Below, one piece after another: positions 39,704 to 47,772 of a stretch of 64,000 bases of DNA; the first letter of the stretch is position 1; every line of letters starts with the position of its first letter. The stretch is from an uncultured bacterium. Lineage in GTDB: Bacteria > Patescibacteriota > Minisyncoccia > Phycocordibacterales > GCA-2401445. Location: NCBI GenBank assembly GCA_937952265.1, contig CALFYW010000016.1, positions 206,661 to 270,660 of the forward strand, written 5' to 3'. The notes below the pieces were generated by a model. That model was not told the DNA's origin, did no database searches, and saw only the letters and a program-made list of their open reading frames with translations. The position numbers and the translations under genes were made by a program.

Positions 39704-40306
39704 TTAGAGTTCCCGTAGAAGCATTTGTGATTCACTATTGAGACATGCTTCATGGTCGAAGCCCTCGACCACCATCTTCTCTTCTGCTTTGAGAGGAATA
39801 CCATTTTCTCCGGCATAGTTTGGCTGTACTCCCGCGTAAATCCCCGGAGGCACACTACATCCAGAACGATTCGCCCCGCTCCCCCAGTAATTATAGTCAT
39901 ACTTTCCATCCCAAGGAGTAAATTGTGGCCATGTCATATATGGTCCATTCCATTGTGCCGCAACAATATCTTCCCAATCAGAAGGGCAGTGGTTGCAGTT
40001 GGTACCTGGATTTACATATGATCCTGAAGGAGGCTCTGCGGTTCCTTCATCAGGATTCCATGGAAGAGATTCCTCAAAACCAGGATCCCAGCCACGATTG
40101 ACGTCAGGAGGGTAAAATCCCATATCTGCATAGTAGAGTTCCGTAGCTTTTGTCATTTGCCGTTGGTGGAAGCCAGCTTTTGATACACGCGCAGATTCAG
40201 TTGCTCCCGAGATACTCGTAATAACTACTGAAGCGAGAATACCAATAATTGCAACCGCAATGAGTATTTCAAGTAATGAAAATCCTTTTTGGTGTAGCGT
40301 AATCAT
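39704..40306 (-). CDS. Type IV pilin/pseudopilin
   Basis: Class III signal KG/FSLLEILIAVAIIGIL; GspG-like WNGPY...TPWDGKYDY. Confidence 0.9.
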   Translation of the reverse strand: MITLHQKGFSLLEILIAVAIIGILASVVITSISGATESARVSKAGFHQRQMTKATELYYADMGFYPPDVNRGWDPGFEESLPWNPDEGTAEPPSGSYVNPGTNCNHCPSDWEDIVAAQWNGPYMTWPQFTPWDGKYDYNYWGSGANRSGCSVPPGIYAGVQPNYAGENGIPLKAEEKMVVEGFDHEACLNSESQMLLREL

Positions 40307-40361
40307 GAGAGGGTATCTGGTAGTAACTTCTTTACGATTATAGTATGTATCGTAGCATATG

Positions 40362-40436
40362 TGGTGCTCTCGAGAGGAATCGAACCTCTATTACAAGCTC
40401 CGCAAGCTTGCGTCCTATCCGTTGAACGACGAGAGC
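40362..40436 (-). tRNA. tRNA-Arg(GCG)
   Basis: Cloverleaf; anticodon arm CAAGC-TTGCGGA-GCTTG; CCA encoded. Confidence 0.92.
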
Positions 40437-40480
40437 GGCTGGTTTCCTATCATAAAAGATCACACACCGTCTGTCTACTC

Positions 40481-40939
40481 TTAAAAACCAATTCGCTCGA
40501 GTAATTTTTCAAACAAGGGTTCTTCATGATTTGCCACTTCAAGATGTTTTAAAAGAAAGTCATGCGCCACTTCAAGCATATGAGGGTCCATCGGAATGAT
40601 AAGGTACGGCATGAAAATTTTTTTTGATTTGACCACCAGTTTGGGAGGGTTGGTGTGGACGTCAATTCCAAAAGAAACCAAGCCTTGATACGGGTAATAG
40701 TTTTGGTTAATTCGTATCCCCTCTGAAGAGAGCTCCGTATAGATCTCTTGTGGCTTTCGAGCCGCGATAATAATGAAACTTGCAATACTTACCGCAAGCA
40801 CGAGCGCGAACAACACTTGTCCCACAATAATTGCAGTCGCAACAATTGAGATGCCGAGAATGGTAATAATAATATACCAGTCGGTTGATTTTTTTTGATC
40901 CGCATATTCTGGCGCGTACCAACTAACTTTCTCTTCCAT
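40481..40939 (-). CDS. Conserved 2-TM hypothetical protein
   Basis: VSWYAPEY...KSTDWY, two TM helices, soluble C-terminal domain. Confidence 0.7.
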   Translation of the reverse strand: MEEKVSWYAPEYADQKKSTDWYIIITILGISIVATAIIVGQVLFALVLAVSIASFIIIAARKPQEIYTELSSEGIRINQNYYPYQGLVSFGIDVHTNPPKLVVKSKKIFMPYLIIPMDPHMLEVAHDFLLKHLEVANHEEPLFEKLLERIGF

Positions 40940-40973
40940 AACCACCATTGTAGCACGAAGCACCGCTTGTATT

Positions 40974-41612
40974 TTAATGATTTCGAGCAAACAAAAAATA
41001 TGAGTAGAGTGCAGGGAAGAGGGAGGCAATCACTACCGGAATGACCACTGTGGTAATGAGGTGTACCTGAGTGGTAAAAAAATTAATAAGCGGAAAAACA
41101 GCCGCGAGTTTAAAGAGCGTACCACTTAATCGGTGGGTTTCATTCCAGATCTCTCGGTCATGGAGCGTCCAGGGGGTTCGGATCCCGATAAACCAATTTT
41201 GCTTCATGTGGGGCATCAAAAGACCAACAATGAAGAAAAGCACTGAAAGGGCAGGGATAAGCATGCGTGTGAATTCAAATGGTATATGAAGGTTCCATGC
41301 GAGCATGAGTATAAAGAGATAAAATGCAAAGATGAACGTAGTGATCCAAAAATAGTCATAGTGTTTTCGAAAAGCGTGAATATTTTTTTGTAAGGGATCA
41401 ATTTTGGGAATAAGTATATAAAGCCCCATGAGCACCATAAGGATTGCTGGTATTAAAAAAATACCAAAAAATTTTGGCATAAAACGTTGAGCTTCTCCCA
41501 GCGCATTCCAGTGGGATGCGATGTGGTTTGGGAGAGCGGGGTAGATGGCGACCCCAATCATGATACTGAGAAATACGGTACTCGCGAGAATCGTTAGTGT
41601 TGTGTTTTTCAT
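40974..41612 (-). CDS. SdpI/DUF1648 family membrane protein
   Basis: IASHWNALGE and NWFIGIRTPWTL...WNETHR motifs. Confidence 0.85.
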   Translation of the reverse strand: MKNTTLTILASTVFLSIMIGVAIYPALPNHIASHWNALGEAQRFMPKFFGIFLIPAILMVLMGLYILIPKIDPLQKNIHAFRKHYDYFWITTFIFAFYLFILMLAWNLHIPFEFTRMLIPALSVLFFIVGLLMPHMKQNWFIGIRTPWTLHDREIWNETHRLSGTLFKLAAVFPLINFFTTQVHLITTVVIPVVIASLFPALYSYFLFARNH

Positions 41613-41755
41613 ACCACGATGAGAAGTGTGATACCAAAAACTAAGAAGATGCAAGAAAATGTTCCGAGCACTATTTTTTCTTTTTTTGTTAAGTATTTAA
41701 AAAAGAAAAACATATGGTACGTTCACTCATTCTAGCACACTACGTTTTGAACGTG

Positions 41756-42253
41756 TTATATCTTTCTTGAATCGTAAGCCCAGTGGAGGAGTGATTGTCG
41801 CTGTTTTGCTCTGCAGGAGAAATCTTTCGGACGGCAATTTTTTACAATTTGCGCGAGGTGTCTTTGATAGAAACGCCATCTTTTTATCTGTCGAAGATCA
41901 TCGGTGCTTCGTCTTCCGAGGTAATATCTGCAATACCACTGAAACCAACCTCGAGGATCTTGCGGGTGAACCCACCCCTTTTTCTGCCACACCTCAAGTG
42001 GTTGGCTCGCCTGTATTTTAAAATAATTGAGTTCTTTATATGCTTTTCCGTCGGGGGATAGTTTTGCGTTTTTAAACCATGAAGCAGGGAATTCAGAAGG
42101 TTTGTCGCTAAAATACGCTCCCCCAAATACACCCAACTGAAGCATCTCTGGTGGAGTGAGATCGGGTTTAAATGTTGGATCAAAGTTTTTTCCCACTGGT
42201 TCGGTGTAGGTGGGACGAGCTTCTTTTTTTTGGCTTTCGATACCAGCATTCAT
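41756..42253 (-). CDS. Conserved hypothetical protein
   Basis: LTPPEMLQLGVFGG, DPRGWFQWYCRYYLGRR, RQSLLHWAYD. Confidence 0.75.
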   Translation of the reverse strand: MNAGIESQKKEARPTYTEPVGKNFDPTFKPDLTPPEMLQLGVFGGAYFSDKPSEFPASWFKNAKLSPDGKAYKELNYFKIQASQPLEVWQKKGWVHPQDPRGWFQWYCRYYLGRRSTDDLRQIKRWRFYQRHLAQIVKNCRPKDFSCRAKQRQSLLHWAYDSRKI

Positions 42254-42319
42254 AAGCTATTTTCTCAATGTAGGCCACGGAATCATAATGCTGGTTCTCT
42301 TCTTAATTGTCCCACTGGG

Positions 42320-42406
42320 CGGAGGGGGTGGGATTCGAACCCACGGTCCGGTTTCCCAGACTCCAGTTTTCAAGACTGGTACATTCGACCACTCTGTCAC
42401 CCCTCC
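42320..42406 (-). tRNA. tRNA-Ser(UGA)
   Basis: Cloverleaf with long variable arm; CCAGT-CTTGAAA-ACTGG. Confidence 0.93.
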
Positions 42407-42501
42407 AATACACTCTAGGCTATCATATCAGAATGCATATATCTCGCAATTAAAATAAGGCACGCAGTACTTTTTTAATTAGTTTAGGGTAAGATAGCAG
42501 T

Positions 42502-42885
42502 ATGCGATTGATTGGTATTGATTATGGGACAAAACGTGTCGGTATCGCACTTTCTGATCCAGGGAGCACCTTTGCTTTGCCGTATAAGGTGATTCCTCGA
42601 GATGTGAATTTGGTAGCATTCCTTTTGGAATTGTGTAAGGAGAAGGAGGTTTGGCATGTGATACTCGGTGAATCTCTCAACCAGGAAGGAGTTCCAAATT
42701 CGGTAATGAAAGGTATTATAGAGCTTAAGCGGGAGCTTGAAGAAAAAGGGCTTACGGTGTCTCTGGAGAGCGAGGGTTTTACTTCATTTGAAGCAGAACG
42801 GTATCAGGGTAAACATGAGTATACGGACGCGTCTGCGGCGGCACTTATTTTACAACGGTATCTTGATAAAAATAATACCTTATGA
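42502..42885 (+). CDS. yqgF: RuvX/YqgF family nuclease
   Basis: IGIDYGTKRVGIALSD, EGFTSFEAE, DASAAALILQRYLD. Confidence 0.9.
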   Translation: MRLIGIDYGTKRVGIALSDPGSTFALPYKVIPRDVNLVAFLLELCKEKEVWHVILGESLNQEGVPNSVMKGIIELKRELEEKGLTVSLESEGFTSFEAERYQGKHEYTDASAAALILQRYLDKNNTL

Positions 42886-42977
42886 ATTTTGTTTGACGAA
42901 TTCAAAAATAATAAATTCTCGTATGTTTAGGGAGCGCCTCGGTAATATAATGCTTTAAATAGAGCTCATTTTGACTA

Positions 42978-43006
42978 TTGACTTCAAATAAATAATATGC
43001 TATTCT
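42978..43006 (+). promoter_or_regulatory. Promoter of the DGR target gene
   Basis: TTGACT-17 nt-TATTCT with extended TG. Confidence 0.65.
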
Positions 43007-43086
43007 ACAAATAGAAACGGAAAATCGGTCACCAGGACCAACTTCGACCGTTCTTTGGTAAAACCTATAAAGAAGAAAGAATTGTT

Positions 43087-43899
43087 ATGGCGACAAAGCA
43101 CGTTGTTACTGGCGAGCATGCATTGAAGATCGGAAACAGGTTGGCGGAGATTCAACGGCAAGTATTCCTTCAAAAAGAATACGCCCACGACCCCGAAGAT
43201 TTGATTCGGCATCTCCAATGCGCGACTGAAGGTGAGTTTGTCGGAAATGAAGCAAAGAGTACCGTGGGGATCGCGGAACCGCAAATCATCATCCCCAACC
43301 TCCGCTCTATCGCCCCCACTCTCGCCGACTGGCTCAAAGCCCGTGAAGAACTTCACAAGTTTTTTACCGGCGAAACGATAATCTTGCGGGACATCTTCGC
43401 CTTTGAAGAGGCTGATCTTGACCGCACCGACATTATGCCCGCTTTCCGTCCAGCCGGTGCCACAAACCGTGATGTTGTAGACTGGAAGAAAAAGCTCGGT
43501 GTTGTGGTGTATGAAGAAGCTGACGTGATGAAGTATTCAGGTAGTACAGGTTCAAAAGAATCCGAACTTCTCCTCGTCAATCGTTCCCTTTGTCCGGACG
43601 ACGACACTTTGGACGATAATGCCAAAACACCGGATCAATTGATCCAAGTTCCAAACAGACTTTGGCTCCACCTCTTCGACTGGTGCGATGCCGACAACAT
43701 TCATTTTGTGGTAACAGATGAACATCTGGATCTGCAAACATGGACCTGGTTTCCACATGACCGCCTTCCCGGCGGCGCGGTCGCGTGTGGTGGCTGGGGT
43801 CCAGTCAACCGCGGGGTTTACCTCTACTGGGGCTGTCGCGGCTACCGCGGCGGCCTCTACGGTGCTCGTTCAACAAAAAAGGTTCCCCTCAAAACTTAA
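43087..43899 (+). CDS. DGR target protein with C-terminal variable region (C-type lectin-like fold inferred)
   Basis: VR encodes RLPGGAVACGGWGPVNRGVYLYWGCRGYRGGLYGARS, ending in a GxR motif typical of DGR CLec targets. Confidence 0.9.
   Translation: MATKHVVTGEHALKIGNRLAEIQRQVFLQKEYAHDPEDLIRHLQCATEGEFVGNEAKSTVGIAEPQIIIPNLRSIAPTLADWLKAREELHKFFTGETIILRDIFAFEEADLDRTDIMPAFRPAGATNRDVVDWKKKLGVVVYEEADVMKYSGSTGSKESELLLVNRSLCPDDDTLDDNAKTPDQLIQVPNRLWLHLFDWCDADNIHFVVTDEHLDLQTWTWFPHDRLPGGAVACGGWGPVNRGVYLYWGCRGYRGGLYGARSTKKVPLKT
43761..43872 (+). repeat. DGR variable repeat (VR)
   Basis: Ungapped 112-nt alignment with TR; 18 of 20 mismatches are at TR adenines. Confidence 0.95.
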
Positions 43900-43922
43900 A
43901 CCTTGTTTTCTTAACCCTTACC

Positions 43923-43950
43923 AACACCACTCTGGGAACAGAGTGGTGTT
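43923..43950 (+). other. DGR target-recognition hairpin/cruciform
   Basis: AACACCACTCTG-GGAA-CAGAGTGGTGTT, a 12-bp perfect stem about 50 nt 3' of VR. Confidence 0.8.
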
Positions 43951-44128
43951 TTGTTGTACAATAACAACGGCTGTTAAATTGGTCCGCCTATAGCAAGATA
44001 ACAATTTGCCGATATGTAGAAATTGCTTGTCGCGTCTTTACACTATGCCCGCTCTGCCACGGAGGAAACGCAGAAAATCTTCCCAAAAGATTTTTGGTGA
44101 AATGGACAAAGCGCGACAAAATGAGCCT

Positions 44129-44240
44129 CCGCCTTCCCGGCGGCGGGGTCGCGTACGGTAACTGGAATCCAGACAACCGCAAGGTTTACCTCAACTGGAA
44201 CTATCGCGACAACCGCAACGGCAACTACGGTGCTCGTTCA
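44129..44240 (+). ncRNA. DGR template repeat (TR)
   Basis: AAC-rich copy of VR: ...TAC GGT AAC TGG AAT CCA GAC AAC CGC AAG GTT TAC CTC AAC TGG AAC TAT CGC GAC AAC CGC AAC GGC AAC TAC GGT GCT CGT TCA. Confidence 0.95.
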
Positions 44241-44251
44241 GAAATTTCTTG

Positions 44252-44278
44252 CAAAAAGAGCCGTTACGGCTCTTTTTG
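44252..44278. terminator. Bidirectional hairpin between TR and the avd 3' end
   Basis: CAAAAAGAGCCG-TTA-CGGCTCTTTTTG; the loop is the avd stop codon on the minus strand. Confidence 0.75.
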
Positions 44279-44638
44279 TTGTGTTTGGGAAATAAACCAG
44301 CCACTTAACATTCTTCCAATTTCTACAGTTTGTGATGACAGGTATAAATATTGTTTCTCGGCGAGTATTTTAAGCTCAAATTCCGTTCTGATTAAATTAG
44401 CTAAAGTTTGCTGAAGAGTCCTAGTGGCCGATATGAACTCAATCTTTCTGACATCTCTTTTATTTGTTAGTGTGGCTTTTATAGAGTGTTTGAGCAAAGT
44501 CAGGCACTCTTTTTCAATATCCGCATGTATCCCCAGCTTATCCCTTTTCGACAGTTTCTGTCCTATAGTATAAATATCTTTATGCAAAATCCTAATCTTA
44601 TGAATAACAGCGGGAGTCTTGTCGGGGGGGGTACTCAT
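44264..44638 (-). CDS. avd: Accessory variability determinant (Avd, four-helix bundle)
   Basis: 124-aa basic helical protein with LSKRDKLGI and C-terminal EIGRMLSGW motif, located inside the DGR. Confidence 0.85.
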   Translation of the reverse strand: MSTPPDKTPAVIHKIRILHKDIYTIGQKLSKRDKLGIHADIEKECLTLLKHSIKATLTNKRDVRKIEFISATRTLQQTLANLIRTEFELKILAEKQYLYLSSQTVEIGRMLSGWFISQTQQKEP

Positions 44639-45688
44639 AGTTTGAATTTTTATGATGTAATTTGTCTTGAAAACCTCTTTAGAGCTTGGCGTAATTTCAG
44701 CAGAGGGAAGAGAGATAAAAGGGGAATTGGGGAGTTTGAGTTAAGAGTTGAAGAAAACCTTTTTTCTTTACATGAATTTTTAAAATCTGGAAATTGGACA
44801 CATGATCCTTACGTTCAAAGAAAGATATCAGATCCGAAACCTAGAATCATACATATTGCATCTGTTCGGGATAGGGTTCTCTTTCAAGCCACATACCAAA
44901 AATTGTATCAGATTTTCGATAAAACATTTATCCACGATTCCTATGCTTCTCGCAATTTCAAGGGCACTCACGCGGGTGTAAAGAGGTTTGAAGTTTTTGC
45001 AAGAAAAGTTTCTGAAAATCATACAAAGCCGGCTTTTGTCCTAAAATGCGACATCAGAAAATTCTTTGACAATATTGACCATGAGATTCTTTTTGATTTT
45101 ATAAAGGGAAGGATCAAAGACGGAAGACTGTTGAAGCTTATTTGGAAGATAGTTTCCTCCTTTGAAGCATCGCCCCACAAAGGATTGCCGCTTGGAAACG
45201 TAACCAGCCAGCTTTTTGCAAATATTTATTTAAACGATTTGGATCAATTGGTTAAGCACGAGCTTAAGCAAAAATATTATATCCGCTACTGCGATGATTC
45301 CGTTATGTTGAGCAACGACAGAGATGAAATTGAAAAAGTGGTCAGCACATTACGGAATTATCTAAAAGGAAACTTAAAACTTGAGCTTCATCCAAACAAA
45401 ATTACGATAAGAAAATTGAGACATGGAACTGACTTTCTCGGGTATGTTTCATTGCCTCATTACAGAGTTTTGCGAACAAAAACAAAAAAAAGAATGCTGA
45501 AGAGGTTGCGAGCTTTGGCAAACACTATAAAAACTAAAGATAATTTAGAAAAAATTCTGCCTATTATACGATCATATTTGGGAATGTTGTCCCACTGTAG
45601 GTCAGAAAAGGTGGTTAAAAGACTGAAAAATTATTGGCCTAGTAATTTAAATGGTATGATTATGGAACAATTTTATGATAACTTTTGA
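44600..45688 (+). CDS. DGR reverse transcriptase (start uncertain: 44582, 44600 or TTG 44642)
   Basis: KPRII...RDRVLFQA, DSYASR..KGTH, LKCDIRKFF, GLPLGNVTSQLFANIYL (DGR-type SQ), YIRYCDD, DFLGY; no endonuclease domain. Confidence 0.93.
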   Translation: MNNSGSLVGGGTHSLNFYDVICLENLFRAWRNFSRGKRDKRGIGEFELRVEENLFSLHEFLKSGNWTHDPYVQRKISDPKPRIIHIASVRDRVLFQATYQKLYQIFDKTFIHDSYASRNFKGTHAGVKRFEVFARKVSENHTKPAFVLKCDIRKFFDNIDHEILFDFIKGRIKDGRLLKLIWKIVSSFEASPHKGLPLGNVTSQLFANIYLNDLDQLVKHELKQKYYIRYCDDSVMLSNDRDEIEKVVSTLRNYLKGNLKLELHPNKITIRKLRHGTDFLGYVSLPHYRVLRTKTKKRMLKRLRALANTIKTKDNLEKILPIIRSYLGMLSHCRSEKVVKRLKNYWPSNLNGMIMEQFYDNF

Positions 45689-46001
45689 CGAATTCAATAA
45701 ACTAAATCTCGTGGTTGCAACAGTGACACATGTTGCGCGTGTTCCTGATACCGATCGCTTACTCAAACTTACCCTTAATATCGGCCAATCTGAACCACGG
45801 ATTGTCGTATCAGGCATCGCAGAACACTTTCCCAATGAAACAGAGCTTGTGGGTAAACAAGTGGTAGTACTCGCCAATCTTGAACCGCGGACTATTCGAG
45901 GTATTGAGAGCCAGGGAATGATTTTAGCGGTATCAGGGGATGATTCTTTTGCGCTCATTACCCCCACATCTTCAGTACCTCCCGGGAGCACCATTAGTTA
46001 A
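45675..46001 (+). CDS. Stand-alone tRNA-binding OB-fold protein (MetG C-terminal/CsaA/Trbp-like)
   Basis: ITFDEFNKLNL, RIVVSGIA, LANLEPRTIRGIESQGMILA. Confidence 0.88.
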   Translation: MITFDEFNKLNLVVATVTHVARVPDTDRLLKLTLNIGQSEPRIVVSGIAEHFPNETELVGKQVVVLANLEPRTIRGIESQGMILAVSGDDSFALITPTSSVPPGSTIS

Positions 46002-46600
46002 TGGAACCATATCTTTTAAAATACAAAGTGCGTGTACGGGAATGGGTGTTACGACACGCACGGGGGAAATACGCACTGGTCTGGTTGAGTGTGGTGTCAT
46101 TTACGGAGTCTTCTTTTTTTCTTATTCCACCCGACATCTTGCTCATCCCTCTTATCTTAGCGGGGACTCAAAGATGGTATTACTACGCAAGCATTACCAC
46201 GATCACCTCGGTCCTCGGGGGGGTGTTTGGATATCTCATCGGAGCCTTTTTCTTTGAGCTTGTTGGAAGGGAATTGGTTGAACTGTATCATCTAGGGGAG
46301 GAATTATTGATTGTTGAAACATGGTTTCAATCAAACGCTTTTCTGGCAGTGTTTCTTTCAGCGTTTACTCCCATACCCTATAAGATTTTTACTATTGGAG
46401 CGGGACTTTTTGGTGTGTCTTTCTTTGTGTTTCTCATCGCGTCTCTTCTGGGGCGCGGATTGCGCTACTTTCTTTTTAGTTACCTGTTCCATGTTTTTGG
46501 AGAACGTATCGGAAAAATTATTTTTCGTTACTTCAACATACTTTCATTGCTCGGAGCGCTACTCCTCATCGCGTTTCTCATCATTCGTTTCGCCGCTTAA
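46001..46600 (+). CDS. YqaA/DedA (VTT) family membrane protein
   Basis: SFTESSFFLIPPD, FTPIPYKIF, GRGLRY. Confidence 0.88.
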   Translation: MEPYLLKYKVRVREWVLRHARGKYALVWLSVVSFTESSFFLIPPDILLIPLILAGTQRWYYYASITTITSVLGGVFGYLIGAFFFELVGRELVELYHLGEELLIVETWFQSNAFLAVFLSAFTPIPYKIFTIGAGLFGVSFFVFLIASLLGRGLRYFLFSYLFHVFGERIGKIIFRYFNILSLLGALLLIAFLIIRFAA

Positions 46601-46657
46601 CCCACAGGAGATGTAGTCTCTGTGTGCTATACTATAAAATATTAAGGGAGCTTTTTT

Positions 46658-47755
46658 ATGAGCGAAGCATCAGGACTTCTTAAATTATTTCCTCCACCAA
46701 AATTTTTAGAAATGCCAAGTGTGGGGTTAGACCTTTCTGATAACTCAGTTCGGTTTATTGATCTTGCGCGAAATAAAGAAACATTTTCAATTCTACGGCA
46801 CGCGCGCGAAGCGCTTCCCAAAGGTGCGATTGTAGGTGGAGAAATTAAAAATCCTGCGGCGCTTACTGAAAAATTAAAAACATTTAAGGAAAAACATGAT
46901 CTGCACTTTGTCCGCACCGCGCTTCCTGAAGAAAAAGCATATCTTTTCATGCTAGAACTCCCGCGCATGCCACACGAAGAAATCGGGAGCGCAATTCAAT
47001 TTCGACTTGAGGAGAATGTCCCGATTGAGCCACAAAATGCAATGTTTGATTATTGCATACTCAAGCATGTAGATACGGTATCACCCAAAGCGCTCCCCGT
47101 GGCAGTATCGGTATTTGATCGAAGCCTTATTGACCAGTACGTCGCGGCGTTTCTTTCTGCGGGATTAGTACCGCTTTCTTTTGAGCTTGAATCACAGGCG
47201 GTGGCACGATCAATTATTCCGCATAATAATCCGGCGACAACGATGATTGTTGATTTTGGGCAAACCAGGACCACGCTGGCTATGGCAAACGGGCATGTCA
47301 TTTCTTTTACTTCCACGGTTGAGATGGGGGGGAGTATGCTTACCAGCGCAATCCAAGAACACTTCTCTGTTTCTTTTGAGGAAGCAGAACGTATGAAGCG
47401 CGATCGAGGGCTTATTAAAAGCAGAAATAATAAAGAATTATATGAATTGCTACTTGAAAAAGTGGCAGTAATTAAAGAGGCAATCAACCGGCATTATGAG
47501 TATTGGCATACTCGACACGAATCTTCTGGTGCGGCACACGTGAAAGATCACTTAACAAAGATAATTTTGTGTGGCGGTGATTCATGTCTACCTGGTTTTT
47601 TTGAATATCTATCAGGCAATGTACCAATACCCGTTGAGATGGCAAATGTATGGATCAATCTCTTTTCGCTCGATGAACATATTCCTGATATTTCATTCAA
47701 TGATTCGATGGGGTACGCAACGGCAATTGGTTTAGCGCTCGATGAACATTTATAG
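46658..47755 (+). CDS. pilM: Type IV pilus assembly protein PilM
   Basis: VGLDLSDNSVR, IVDFGQTRT, ILCGG, YATAIGLAL actin-like motifs. Confidence 0.88.
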   Translation: MSEASGLLKLFPPPKFLEMPSVGLDLSDNSVRFIDLARNKETFSILRHAREALPKGAIVGGEIKNPAALTEKLKTFKEKHDLHFVRTALPEEKAYLFMLELPRMPHEEIGSAIQFRLEENVPIEPQNAMFDYCILKHVDTVSPKALPVAVSVFDRSLIDQYVAAFLSAGLVPLSFELESQAVARSIIPHNNPATTMIVDFGQTRTTLAMANGHVISFTSTVEMGGSMLTSAIQEHFSVSFEEAERMKRDRGLIKSRNNKELYELLLEKVAVIKEAINRHYEYWHTRHESSGAAHVKDHLTKIILCGGDSCLPGFFEYLSGNVPIPVEMANVWINLFSLDEHIPDISFNDSMGYATAIGLALDEHL

Positions 47756-47772
47756 AAAATTATAACAATGGC

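Larger units (their letters stand above)
42892..45697 (+). mobile_element. Diversity-generating retroelement cassette (target-VR-hairpin-TR-avd(antisense)-RT)
   Basis: All canonical DGR parts are present; bounded by a 14-nt direct repeat TTTGACGAATTCAA (42892-42905 and 45684-45697). Confidence 0.93.

Noticed and set aside
44094..44414. 106-aa ORF spanning TR (…GNWNPDNRKVYLNWNYRDNRNGNYGARS…)
   Set aside because: TRs are naturally open in the VR frame. This ORF runs through the terminator hairpin and antisense into avd, so it is not called as a gene, though translation cannot be excluded.
44486..45688. RT as a group II intron, retron or CRISPR-associated RT
   Set aside because: It has the DGR-type GNVTSQ motif, an adjacent TR/VR pair and Avd. 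I saw no endonuclease extension, intron domain V/VI, retron VTG motif or cas genes.
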